64,000 nt of DNA from Octopus vulgaris (Eukaryota): contig OX597815.1 of assembly GCA_951406725.2 (NCBI GenBank), forward strand, positions 146,258,001-146,322,000. Direction: 5' to 3'. The notes below the pieces were generated by a model. That model ran no database searches. It was not told the origin of the DNA and worked only from the letters and a program-made list of their open reading frames with translations. A program made the position numbers and the translations under genes. Numbering within the stretch: the first letter of the stretch is position 1; every line of letters starts with the position of its first letter. Of this stretch, positions 12,260 through 25,550 are shown piece after piece.

Positions 12260-13204
12260 CATACATACATACATACATACATACATACATACATACATAC
12301 ATACACCCACACCCACACACATAATATGTGTATGTATGTATGCATATACATCGATATATTTATTTCGATCAACCAATCATATCGACCAAGCAATTTCAGT
12401 GTGTAATTGAGTTCGAGTGTGTGTGTATGTATGTATGTATGTAAGCATTAAATACATATATATGTTTATGTGTACGTACATACGTAACCAAGTATTTATA
12501 TATATATAAGCACACACACATACACATGGCATACACACACATGCGCACACAAATACACATACATTTATACAAATACACATAAATAATATACTACTATCTT
12601 GCGGCTATTCCTCCAGTTATGTGAGCCGTTCAATATTAATGAAGTAAATAAATATATAACACAAGAACTGTACAAACGGAGACAGAATATAATTCAATTT
12701 CCCGTTTGGCGTACATATGCTTAATTTTCACTAAAAGGTCATTTATACAACAGGAGAATATTCAACACAATAACATTTATGGTTTACCTATGATCAAACT
12801 TATTTTTCTAAAGAAGACACAATAGATTTATTTTTATGTGTAATTCGTTTAAACGATGGATACTTCTAAATCAATGTTTAGTACTTGGATGTGGGGCAAC
12901 AACTATAATTTTGAAGTCTAAAAAATAAACGAATTAACACAAGGGAAAGGATATCGAGGGTGACATTAACGTAATATTGAACAGAATATGACATAACCTT
13001 AAAAACATAGCTGTCTTTTACATCATTTTCTCCTAGTACCTATCATGTAACTCCTTAACATCCTTCGCTTCCTCATCCTACTACTAATCAACAACTTGTG
13101 CTGATATTATCGACCCCAGAGAGTAAAGACGGACAAAATACCGTTCAATATTTTGCCTGGCGAGCTGGTAAATCTCCTAGGACGCCGCCTTACTACTCTC
13201 TTTT

Positions 13205-14260
13205 TTTTATCTTTCACCTGTTTCAGTCATTTTTATTGCGGCCATGCTGGAGCATCGCCTTTAGTCGAACAAATCGACCCCGGGACATATTCTTTGTAAG
13301 CCTATTACTTATTCTATTGTTCTCTTTTGCCGAACGGCTAGGTTACGGAGGCATAAACAAACCAACGCCGGTTGTCAAGTGATGGTGGGGACAACATAGA
13401 CACATAGTTTCAAATTTTGGCACACGGGCAGGGTGTTTGGGGGAGAAGCTAAATCGATTACATCAACTCAAGTGCTCAACTGGTACTCACTTTATCGACC
13501 CAAATAGAATAAAATGTGAAGTCGACCCCGGCGGAATTTTAGCTCCGAACATAAGGACGGACGAAATGCTGTTAAGCATTTTGCCCGGTGCGCTAACGAT
13601 TCTGCCAGCTTACCGCATTATTTTCTATTATAGGCACAAAGCTTGACATTTTTGTGAGGGACTAGTCAATTACATCGACCCCAGTGTTTCACTGGTACTA
13701 AATTTACCGACCCCGAAAGAATGAAAGGCATAGTCAACCTCGACGGAAATTGAACCCAGAACGTAGCAACAAGGCGAAATATTACTAAGTAGTTCACCCG
13801 AGGTGTTAACCATTCTGCAAGCTTGCCGCCTTGCTGCTAATAGTAATAATAGCCATCGGTTATGAAGAAAAGGTGTTTGTTGATAACACTGATCCCAGAA
13901 CTTGACTGGTACTTACTTTATCGACCTAGGAATATTAAAAAGCAAAGTTGGCTTAGCAGGATTTCAGCCCAGAGTGTAAAATGTCAGTACACATATGGGA
14001 AGCTATTTTTCAACCCTCGAGTGCTTTCGCTAATTCGCCATCGTTAAAATGTTTTCTAATTTAGGTACAAATCCAGAAAATTTTAAAGAGATGTCAGTCG
14101 ATATAATGTACGCCAGTATTTAACTGGCTCTGTATTTTATTTACCTGAAAATATGAAAAGAAAAGTTGAGCACGTTGGGATTTGAAATCAGAACGCATAT
14201 ACCATATATTGCAAGACAATTTTCCGACGCTCTACCGATTCTGCTAATCCTCTACCCTAC
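13205..14260 (-). mobile_element. Cluster of tandem SINE copies (family B tail plus about 4 family C copies)
   Basis: Repeated ACTGGTACT..TTTATCGACCCC..AAG.ATGAAAGGC.AAGTC motifs. Confidence 0.85.
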
Positions 14261-14504
14261 AGTTATAGTGGTTTCTAGCATAGGAACAACACTTACAATT
14301 TTATAGACGTGTTTTAAAGAATATTATCAACCAAAGTACATGGGATATACTTTATTTGTCCACTCCAGGAAGACGGCAAGCAATGCTGACCTCGCCAGAG
14401 TATAAACAACCTGTAGAAATTCTGCAAACCATTCCTTCCAGCAATCTAATTATTTTCATAGCTATAGAAACAACAACAAGAACAACAACGATAATACAAG
14501 CTGT

Positions 14505-14955
14505 AATTAATTGGGGATTTTGGAAATGGATAAATTGATGGAGAAAGAAATGACCAGAAAATTTAAGCTGGAGTACTTGCGCAGACTGAGACTGATCCTT
14601 AGGTCGAAATTAAATGGACGGAATAAGATTGAAACCCTCAACACCTGGGCGGTTTCACTCCTTAGATATGAATCAGGGCTAATCGCCGGACAGTAGACGA
14701 ACTAAACAGCTTAGACAGAAAGACAAGGAAGTTGCTGACTAGATACGGGTCATTCCACCCAAAAAGTGACACAGACAAGAAAAAGAGGGGGAAGAGGACT
14801 TATTGGATGCAAACACAGCATTAGAACAGAAGAAAACAACATAGCATGGTATGTAAAAAATGCCACAGAACCGCTATTATTAGAAGTAAGAAGGTCAGGC
14901 TTGTGTAGGGTAAAAAATTGCAAAGACAATGCAGCACACAAGAAATTGAACACAT
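14505..14955 (+). mobile_element. R4/Dong-clade non-LTR retrotransposon fragment (RT thumb region)
   Basis: LGILEMD...EYLRRLRLILRSKLNGRNKIETLNTWAVSLLRY...LDRKTRKLLT..GSFHPKSD..RKRGGRGL; frameshifted. Confidence 0.85.
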
Positions 14956-17900
14956 AGGATATCCTATATGATGAAAGAGTATTCATATGGTGGTTCTTCT
15001 TGCCCTTCAAATAACTGAATATTCACTAGCGGAATGTCTATGTTGGTGATCAAAAATAATGACCGAAAGAATCTATTGTTATAATCGGTACTATAAAGTT
15101 GAAACTAGATAAATAAACTCACACAATGATAAACAAATACTTATCATATAACGTTAAAAATAGGACATGACTAGTGCAAAACAATGTTGATCTTGATAGA
15201 ATACAAAAAAGACGAATGACAGATGTATTTGATATAAATCCCCTAAAGATCTGTGTAATAACAGACGGAGTATCAATAGACATAACTAGAAGAGCAAAAC
15301 TACAGAAATAGAACTTGTCTGCAAACACAAAATACAAAAACAACGTTAAACGCGATCAAAAACGACATAGAAGTCATATGAAATGTCTATGTAAAAATTT
15401 AAAAAATCAAACTATCAAAACAAAACACACAAACCGTGTCAAAATATACAATTAAACATATAAATTTTCTCATGAACTTTATGAAGTAAAATTTATATTC
15501 ATTTACCTTTGGAAAACACAAGTACAGAGGATAATGAAGCTCGAAAAAAATTAAAAATATAAAATAATTCAAAGAAAGAAGAAGCGACGTTTGTTTTGAG
15601 AAAACAAACGCCTGGAAGAGATTTAGTACAAAAACTAAGTATGATTGTAGTTTTTCTCTGTGCTAATTAACAACAAACCGACTGAGGAAATAGTATTTTT
15701 CATTTCTATTTTTTCGTCATTATAAATATTAATGATTTATTCATTTATAATCATAAACAATAATGAATAACATAAATGAATAATGAAGGGCCATGGATGA
15801 TCCTTTAACTATTTTGACCTCTGCTTGCAATAGAGTGAATTTTACTAAAGGCACTAATTGACCATGCGTTGAAGTTCAACTGGGTGAAGACTATCATCCA
15901 GTACGGATAATACAAATTGCTCGAAGAATATCGCCAAGAATCTACATCTAATCTCTAAGAATTTTGTTAAATCTACCCTGGTGCTTTATTTTATCAATCC
16001 AGAATGGATTAAGACAAAATTAAAAACAAACAACAGTGAACCAGAACAAATTCTGACAAGTCATCTTGCCCAACACTCTTACGGCTACTAACTGATTAAT
16101 TAGATGGAATTTACGATGTTCGTCCAATAATTAGGTATGACCTTCATAGTTAAACTGATTTTAGACTAATTAATAGGGTCATTTCATAATGAATAATTAA
16201 AACTTGTAATATATATGAAACAGTAGAATTAAATTATGATGGGATTTTCCCGTAATTAATCAGGGGAAAGCAGTGTCCAAGGATTTCGGGGACCTAAGCT
16301 GTTGAAATCCAATATGCTAGTTATTCATCTGTAACGTGGCGTTTACAGGAAAATGACTGGTCTAAATAAAATTCTAGAGAGTGACACGCTCGAGTAAATC
16401 ACGGATTCAATAAAAAGGGAAACCTACTATCTTTCGACCGAACTCGGGGATAAAAAAGAGAAAGATCAATGAACGGAATATAGCGGTTGTTTGGTTGGGA
16501 ATTAACTAGTTGAGACTAGGAAGCTACTGTTCTATAGTTCAGATGATTGAAATCTTGTGTAGAAATTAGCTTGCCATTCCCAACACTTTCGTAACGAAAC
16601 TGATAAATCAAAATTCCTTTTCGTTCTTACAATTTGTTGAAAAATTAATGGGGAAAACGCTGTAGCATTCCTTTATATCGATGCAAGTGTCTCTTACTAG
16701 AATACACCATGTAGTAAAGTTTAGGTTTAAAATTGAAATAAACTGGAAGTGGAATCAGGCATTAGAAGACCAGAGTATGTAGTATGTTAGTGAGTGAGCA
16801 TTTGCTAATCAATCAGCGGGTCTTCATTCGGCTATGGTCATCTATATACATACCTACAGCAAATATGTAATTAGCGTAACAGGATATACGTAACCGAATC
16901 TTTGTAGTCCTTCAGAAACGTATCAGACTAGCAGGGTTGTCACATTGTGAAAAGGAAGTTCAATCTTTGGAATTAATTTGTTTCGTATGTAAAATAAACA
17001 GAAAAGATTGTCAGTGATTATAATACCTAACAATATTGTAACTCTGAGGCTTTCATTATGTGTAATCCATATCAAATAAATGTTCCCCCTATAGGCTTTA
17101 TACAAAATTTTGCAATTATATGTATACCTAGCAAATTTATGATCGGTTTTCTTTTGATAACATGCGAATGAGTGGAGAGTTTGTATTGTTTATATTTCAT
17201 TTCAAACATAAAACTACTTCACAGTTTGGATCATGGCCAGCAATTTCAGTTGGGAGGAATCAGTCAATACCATCGACCTATGTAACTGAGTGATACTTTA
17301 TTTCATTGACCACGAAATGATGAAAAGTAAATTTGACTTCGGTGATATTCGAACGTATAATGCCAGAAGAAATCTACTAAGCATTTTGTTTGATGCGCTT
17401 ATGATTCTGTCATGTCGCCACCTTAATACAGGCAGCATTTTACAAAAATATATTTACTCGATATCAAGTGGCAAACGAAGGCAGTCGATCCTAGCAGAAT
17501 TCGAACTCACAGTTACTATACAGTAATCAACCTAAAGTTTAGAATTCTTTACAATTACCTACCTTAAAGTAGACGTCTATTTGTACACTTTCAGTACCTT
17601 GCAATAGAACGTGCATTTTAAAAATGTCTTTATCTCTCACTCTGTTACAAAGTCTTTTTATTTTAATTTTTAACCGAATATTACGCAAAAATATTCCCAA
17701 AGTTATTTGAATGGCAAGACATGTAAATATCTGAGTTTCTACTTCAATGCCTACATATCCGCGTTGCAAATGTAACAAAGATAAGATGAAAACATAAGTC
17801 GTATTTCTTTGGCTTTACCATTTCAACATGAGAAAAATACATGGAACATCGATATTTACAATTAGCATTTCGAGTGAGAAATGATATTTATCACCCGGTC

Positions 17901-19069
17901 TCTGCTTGAGTAACACTGCTCATTGAGTAGTCATGCGCAACAAACTCTTATTTTTTTCATTCATTTTATTTTTGAAGCTAGTGAGTGAAATGAACGACTT
18001 CTTCAGGTCCATTATAATGATAATATGTTGTCTTGTCAGCACAAATGTTTCAAAACCTAGAGCATCAAAGATAAAGCTCTCTGACATTTCTAACAATATG
18101 TCATGTGAAAAGTAGTAACATTAATGTATCTGCCTTAGTGTAAAGTGTTATTTCTAATGTCATTTTAAATAATACTTGCTTTAAAATCTTTCACTGAACT
18201 ATAGTTTTCCAGATTTACATGCTGTCGTTCCGCAATGGCAAACAAATGTCATGTCTTCATATTTTAAGCTAGAATAGGCAATACGATCGGTCATGACAGC
18301 GACACTTGAATGCAAATAAAGAAAGAAAGTAATACGAAAACTGTGCAAACTACTAAAACATAAGTTATAGTTTTAGAATACGAGATAGAGATGTTTGATA
18401 TTTAATGATTGTGGGTGTGAATAAGCAATGGTACTATTACACGAGTTCTATTTTAGAGAGAAATATCCAAGACGAAATTGGAAAAACAAAGCAATTGCAA
18501 GGATACAGAAAACATCTTTCTATATTTCTTAAGTCGTCCATAACGAAGCTAATAAAACAAAATTCCTTTCGGTTCCCATAACTCGTTGGAAAATTAAAAA
18601 ATAAAAGAAAATAAACAAAAACAAAACGCACACACACAAACACACATAAAATAAACAACAACAATGCGAAACTGCTGTAGCATCGCTTCGCACCGTTGCT
18701 TGAGCAAATATAAGGAGAGACTTGTTCTGACATATGCCATCAAGAAAAGGTTAAAGTTTATTAGTAAAGAATTATATGTAAATATACAAAAAATACTCAT
18801 GTTTCACAAAAAGACAAAGTGACATACAATTTTCAGATAAACGATGCATATTTGGCAAGAATATCCAGAAGTGCCTGCAAACATGAAATATTGCTATTTT
18901 CTCTGCACATGCCTATTGCATTTACATTCAGAGTTCCTGTACTTCAATTCGGCAGTATTTTCCGCCATAACAGAAAATTAAGAATTGTTCACACTTCGTC
19001 GTATGTGTTTCTGAATACGTGTAAAATCGCATTGTTTCTTATAATAAAGGAATTGAAATACACGCACAC

Positions 19070-19087
19070 ATATCCATCTATCTATCC

Positions 19088-19168
<81 letters not shown>

Positions 19169-19280
19169 CCTATCTACCTACCTATCTATCTACCTATCTA
19201 TCTACCTATCTATCTGTCTGTATATCTATCTATAAACATCTCTCTCTCACTGTCTCTCTCTCTCTCTCTCTCTCTCATCC
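19070..19280. repeat. (TATC)n tetranucleotide array followed by (CT)n
   Basis: Direct inspection. Confidence 0.95.
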
Positions 19281-19481
19281 CTCTCTCTTTCCCTGTATAA
19301 TCAATAAAAACAGGATTGGAATTTAGTTCCGTCCCTAGAAATGTCCATTTCCGGCAAGATTAGCTTGCATTTCTTAGCTTATGTCAAGGATAAAATATGT
19401 AAACGTGTGGGTAAATTTTCATACAGTCTACAGAAGACTCTTAAATGTAGTGCCCTTGCTGTGAAACCTTTAAACATAAGG

Positions 19482-19546
<65 letters not shown>

Positions 19547-19806
19547 ATACACAGAGAGAAATAGAGAGAGAATTTAATGCGAGCTGGGTCTTGCCCCTAT
19601 TATGCCAATACTGGAAATAGTGATTTGCTTTTCTAGAGATTTCCGACTTTATCAAATTTCATGTTTCACAATGCGGCTTTTTGAGGACATTTCCTTGGGC
19701 TTGTATTCACCATTGACACTCATTCCTCATTGCTTATATATATATATATAAGGAAAATAACACAAGGTAGAAAATGCTAAAGTAATTTTATCATGAAGAA
19801 CATTTT

Positions 19807-19845
19807 AGTACCGGTGTCGTTTCAGACTTGGCGACTTTTTCAACT
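19807..19845 (-). ncRNA. Possible hammerhead-like motif with a U3:A8 core
   Basis: Minus strand: AG-TTGAAAA-AGTC-GCCAA-GTCT-GAAA-CGACACCGG-TA-CT, near a (TA)n tract; stems are short and imperfect. Confidence 0.3.
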
Positions 19846-20378
19846 TCGACTAAAGAATGAAAAAAACAATTGGGGAAAAATTAAATGAAATGTTTTTTTA
19901 AAGTATTTCCACAGTTTTTAAATGCAAGTGACATTTTCCTTTTTCTGTCCTTCTCTCGTTTTTACTCATGTGAGGTCTTCTAGCAGGTAGCAGGCTATAG
20001 TAGTACTTATATTTGATATGAGTACTTGCAGTAGTAGCCGAGAAAGGAGGTGGCGGCGAAGAAGAAGTGAAAGAATAATAAAAATGCTGAATGGTACGAC
20101 AGTAGTAGAATGTTGGTGGAATCTTCTTCAGTGGTCAAGTGACCTAAAAGTGACATTTACATAATACCGAGTTCTCTTTCATTATTTTGTTGTCTTTCCA
20201 TTACCATCAATATATATATATAAATATATATATACTTATTTATTTATATATATTATATATACATACACACATACACACACACACATATATATATATACAT
20301 ATATACATGCACATATATACATATTTATATATATATATATATATACATACATGCGCGCACACACACGTAGACACACAC

Positions 20379-20409
<31 letters not shown>

Positions 20410-22025
20410 CAAATACATGTATATGTGCATGTACACACAAATACACACGTGTACGTGTGTACGCATGTACCATATGGCTATATTTTTAGTAAAAAGAAAA
20501 AGAAATCAGTCTTTGTAAAATGAGTTATGCTGTGGTTTGCTTTTTAAATATATTAACTTTGTTTCTTCGCAACACAACCTGTTCCAGTGACGTATGACAA
20601 GTGACAAATGCAATCAAACTGAATTGTCACTTTACAATATTGTAGTTATTTATTGCACTACACTTTAGCTAATGTGATTTGTCAAAATGTTTTGTCTCTG
20701 GAAACATAAGAGTAAAAGCATTCTAACCAGCTTGCAGCGATCCGAAACATTTTCTGTTTTACCGTATTCTATCATCCGTCTCTACTCTGCTTTGAGTTTT
20801 GTTGAATATTTTTTCTGAAAAATGGTGGTGATTCTGTGCATGACCTTATGAGACATATGGCGTGTCATGGATTCATTTCCATCTTGATTCTCACTTAACG
20901 TAATTCTACTTTAGGTTTACTCATGGGAACGCCAATATTGTATTTTCCCATTTTCCTTCTTATAAATATAACGAAAATCGACACTTCAGCATCTAACAGT
21001 TCTAAAACAGGTGGTGAGGTTTTCTAAATTTAAACACTATGCAGTATCTCATTCCGTGACAATTTAACTTCATCGATACCAGTATCCTAACGACTTTTGG
21101 GAGCCATATCTGTCACAAAACTCATTTTCTGTCTTATACAAGGTATTAGCTAAACATAATAAACAATATTTATTTCTAGTATGTTCCTATGAATATTTTC
21201 TATTCAGGGAAAAGAAATGCCTCTTTCAAGAGACAACTTAAATGATCCATTACCGCTCTCTGCCTACATTATTCTCGCCATATTTTTACACTATCTAACT
21301 TGTCTCTCTTTCTCTCTCTCTCTTTGCTCCTCCTTCTTTCTCTTTCCTTTATTCAACTGTATTATATTTACTTGTTTGGTTATTGCTCGCTGCGTGTCTG
21401 ATTGCTTGTCTGTCTGTCTCCTCCCCACTGCCTTATATATCCCACTTTCAGCCCCCTCTCTCTCGTTATATTTATTTCAGTCCGTTCGTTGTCTCTATTC
21501 TGAAACAATATGCATTTCGCTACCTCAGCCTTTAGGACCATGTCCCTACTGCTAATTCTTCAAATGATGTTGCCGACTGCACCACCTCCAATAACCACCC
21601 TATTCCTTACACTACGCATGAAAGATAAACTGTTTGGTTATCTGATCTTTTGGAAATAATGACAAAATCTTCCTTATATCATTCCACAAGTTCTTAAAAG
21701 ATGAAAGACATATTGGCTACCGTATTTTTAGGTTTATTCTATCTGAAGGAAGCGCTGGGAGAGTCACGCCTGGAATGCATCTGATCATAAGGCTGTTCGG
21801 TTATGACTAACCTTGAATTAACGAAAACAACATCAGAAAAACCAAATCTATTCCTTACAAGGCTAATAACGTAACATCTGATATCAGCCTTTCTCAGCCG
21901 TTTTTCGCCTATGGGCCCCTTTGATTCCTATATTACATTACTGGACCCTCACAGTCATTCAATGCTTTAAAAAATCTTGTTTTATTTTTATATCAAATAT
22001 TATTAGGAATTGTATAAACAAAATA

Positions 22026-22566
22026 CAGGGTGTTCAAGAAGTCTCTCCGCAGTGAATTTTTTGAAGACACCATCAACACCGAGAGATATTGCTAAAATAT
22101 TGTCTATCCATTTCTAAGCCAACTCACGGAAAGTGAAATTAATAATGCGTACTTTCAGCAAGATGGAGCTACAGCACATACTTCGCATATCACCATGGAG
22201 CTACTTCAAAATTTTTTCGGTGAACGGATTATTTCGAAGGGACTTTGGCAACAAAGATCACCTGATTTAATACTGCCAGACATTTTTTCTGGAGAGTATC
22301 AGTGTTCAAGAATCAGCCAAAAACCATTACAGAGCTAAAAAGACGCAATTATAACCTTCACACGGTCCACATTGCGTCAGACTCTCCAAGATGCATTTGA
22401 AAACGCGCAAAAGAGAGAACTTATATAGAACGACACTTTCAACACCTATTATAAAATTTTTAAAGTCTTGTAAAGTTTAATATATCCTTTTGTAGTTATA
22501 TAACATCTTATAAATATTTATTTTGCAATAAAACACTTAATGCGGAGAGACGTTTTGAACACCCTG
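22026..22566 (+). mobile_element. Internally deleted Tc1/mariner-superfamily element (rosa/DD41D-like motifs) with intact TIRs and TA target-site duplication
   Basis: TA|CAGGGTGTTCAAGAAGTCTCTCCGCA ... TGCGGAGAGACGTTTTGAACACCCTG|TA; internal YFQQDGATAHT...W..RSPDL..PD. Confidence 0.9.
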
Positions 22567-22631
22567 TATAATTTTTATTTATTTATTGTAGAAGTATAAA
22601 CATACACCCAATTTCATCGTACGTAAATATT

Positions 22632-22965
22632 TATTTCTTTATTGCCCGTAAGGGGCTAAACATAGAGGGGGCAAAAATGGACAGACAAAGGGATTACGTC
22701 AATTACATCGACCACAGTGCGCAACTGGTACTCATTTAATTAATATGTATTCTTTTATACTCTAGGCACAAGGCCCGAAATTTTGGGGGCGTTGGGAAGT
22801 CGATTAGATTAAGCCCAGTATGAAACTGGTACTTATTTTATCGACCCCGAAAGGATGAAAGGCAAAGTCGACCTGGGCGGAATTTGAATTCCGGACGTAA
22901 AGACAGACGAAATACCGCTAAACATTTCGTCAGGCGTGCTAAAGTTTCTTCCAGCCCGTCGCCTT
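22632..22965 (-). mobile_element. Composite family C SINE (both tail types) with 16-bp TSD
   Basis: ATCGTACGTAAATATT (22616-22631) and ATCGTACATAAATATT (22966-22981). Confidence 0.85.
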
Positions 22966-23601
22966 ATCGTACATAAATATTAACTACAAAATCTTATATG
23001 GACCCCAAAGGGCCAGAGGACCAATGATGTACATGGTTGAGTTGGCTGCCAGACTTAGTAGTCAAATCTTCAGACCATGTCCTCTCAACACAGAGAAGGT
23101 AATGCACATTTGATACAGAATTCGAAGATAACCTACGATTAAAAAGGTAAAGTTTGACGTATTGAGGTCTGAAATAGCGTTGATAGAAATCCGCTAATTG
23201 AGAGCAAACCTCTGTTTAAAACAACAACGATTGACAACAATAAGCATCTTTCTTAAAGGTCTTATTTCATCTGACGTTGTTTGTGAAATAGAAACGATAC
23301 AAAAGAAAATAGAAAGGAAAAGAAATTACATTTTTCGTATCATATATAAAATAAGTGAGGAATGGAAAATATCAAACTTCAACTCAGATCAACGGAGATC
23401 CTCATTCAATTGTCAATGTCTTCGATAATTTGACACTATATATTACGAATTTATACAGATACTCAAGCTAGAAAATGTTGCAAGTAAAAGCCAAATTTTC
23501 ACTAGGCCAAAACATAGCTGTGGGGTTAAGAAACTCGCTTTGCAAACTCATTTTTTTGTGATCAGTCCCACTGCCTGCGAAATACGCACACACATACATA
23601 C

Positions 23602-23639
<38 letters not shown>

Positions 23640-23820
23640 GCACGCACATACACACACATACATACACACACACACACACACACACTCAAACACACACACT
23701 CTCTCTCTCTCAAACACGCACTCCAACACATAATCAAACACATATATGTGGGATAGATGTAATCTAGGTACTCAATATTATTATTATTATTGTTATTATT
23801 ATTATTGTTATTATTATTAA

Positions 23821-23924
23821 TCAGGTTACTGCCTGGAATCGAACTCGAAATCTTGGGGTTAGTAATCCACGCTCTTAACCACTACGCTTTATGCCCGTCG
23901 GCATATGACATAGTGGTTAAGAAC
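23821..23924 (-). mobile_element. Short tRNA-like SINE with (AAT)n tail and a head-to-head inverted partial copy
   Basis: Minus strand GCGTAGTGGTTAAGAGCG...GAGTTCGATTCCAGG; plus strand GGCATATGACATAGTGGTTAAGA at 23900-23922. Confidence 0.65.
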
Positions 23925-24603
23925 TCTTCTGGACGGTCTCCTTGGTGAATGCTGCAATAATCCTTGCCCTCCGTTCATCTTTGGTGTTACAAAGAGTTTT
24001 ATTGGTCTGTCGCTCAACACATAATAATCAAATGAGTAGCAGTCTGAGAAGTTAGGTGGCCAGATGGTAGGGGTGATGTGATCGCAGAAATTGTCTGATA
24101 GTCATGACTGAGTCCCCCTGCTTGTTTGTCATGGTGCAGAGTCCTGTTGCCAGACATAGGGTCTTCTGGCAGCCACCTTCTTGACTCAGGACAGCTCTAC
24201 CTCCTTCAGGCACTTGCTTTAGGTTTCTGTGTTGAGGCTGGTAACGTGTGGGAAGATGAATGAAGGTATAACGTCGCCATCACTAGTGATCACTCCAAAC
24301 ACCGTGATGTTGACTGGATGTTTGATTTCACTCTCGGTACACGTTTTGGGCCACAGCAAGCTAACGCTTGTTCTGTGTGTGTTCACCATCTGTTCGTATT
24401 GGAGCTTCCAGTGCGAATGCCAACCAGTACAGCATGTCGTTTCAAAAATTTTGGCAGGGTGAATTGCATTATGGTGCAGATTTAAACACAGACGGTGTCC
24501 AACTGACCTTACTATACCGTGTAGTCAACAAACTCAAGAACAAATCCTGCGCACGCCCGAAATTAAAAATATAAAATGGCGACAATTTACACATGGTACC
24601 CTA
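23925..24603 (-). mobile_element. maT (DD37D) transposase relic
   Basis: Minus translation PYVWQQDSAP...IWPPNFSDCYSFDYY with 37 residues between the 2nd and 3rd Asp; contains stops. Confidence 0.85.
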
Positions 24604-24671
24604 CACGCACACACACATACACACGCAAACACACACACACACACACGCAAACACACATATATATATATATA

Positions 24672-24837
24672 GGCGCAGGAGTGGCTGAGGGGTAAGTTGC
24701 TTGTTTACCAGCTACAAGGTTCCGAGTTCAGTCCCACTGCGTGGCACCTTGGACAAGTCTCTTTTACTATAGCCTCGGGCCAACCAAGGTCTTATGAGTG
24801 AATTTGCTAGACAGAAACTGAAAGAAACCTGTCGTAC

Positions 24838-24878
<41 letters not shown>

Positions 24879-25098
24879 TGTGTGTGTTTATAGTTGTGTG
24901 TGTGTGTGTTTGTCCCCAACATCGCTTGACAACCAATGTTGGTGTACTTAGGTTCCTGTAAATTAGCAGTTCCGCAAAAGAGACGGATAGAATAGTTACT
25001 AGGCTTACAAACAATAAGTCCTGGGTGTCGATCTGTTCGACTAAAAGGCGGTGCTCCAGCATGGCCGCAGTCAAGTGACTGAAACAAAAGAATAAAAC
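24672..25098 (+). mobile_element. Full-length family B tRNA-derived SINE with internal (TG)n
   Basis: GGCGCAGGAGTGGCT head, GAGTTCAGTCCC B box, GGCACCTTGGACAAGT central domain, tail GGCCGCAGTCAAGTGACTGAAACAA. Confidence 0.9.
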
Positions 25099-25123
25099 AA
25101 GAAAAAAAGAATATATATATGTA

Positions 25124-25202
<79 letters not shown>

Positions 25203-25320
25203 ATTTGTGTGTGTGTATGTGTGACTGCATATATATATATGTGTGTGTGTGTGTATTTGTGTGTGTGTATGTGTGACTGTGTGTTGGGAGTGTAATGCCT
25301 AATCGTTCGTATGAGTATCT

Positions 25321-25550
25321 TATTTCTTTATTGCCCGCAGGGGCTAAACCTAGAGGGGACACACAGGGACAGACAAAATGATTAATTCGATTACCTCGAC
25401 CCCATTCCGTAACTGGTACTTAATATATCGACCCCGAAAGGATGAAAGGCAAAGTCGACCTCGGCGGAAATTGAACTCACAACGTAACGGCAGACGAAAT
25501 ACGGCTATGCATTTCGCCCGGCGTGCTAACGTTTCTGCCAGCTCGCTGCC
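25321..25550 (-). mobile_element. Family C SINE, tail type 2, with ~15-bp TSD
   Basis: TTCGTATGAGTATCT and TTCGTATAAGTATCT flanks. Confidence 0.9.

Noticed and set aside
15150-16800. Coding-like patches resembling an ancient LINE (similar patches at about 26100-26700 and 34900-35500)
   Set aside because: Too degenerate to assign motifs or boundaries by eye
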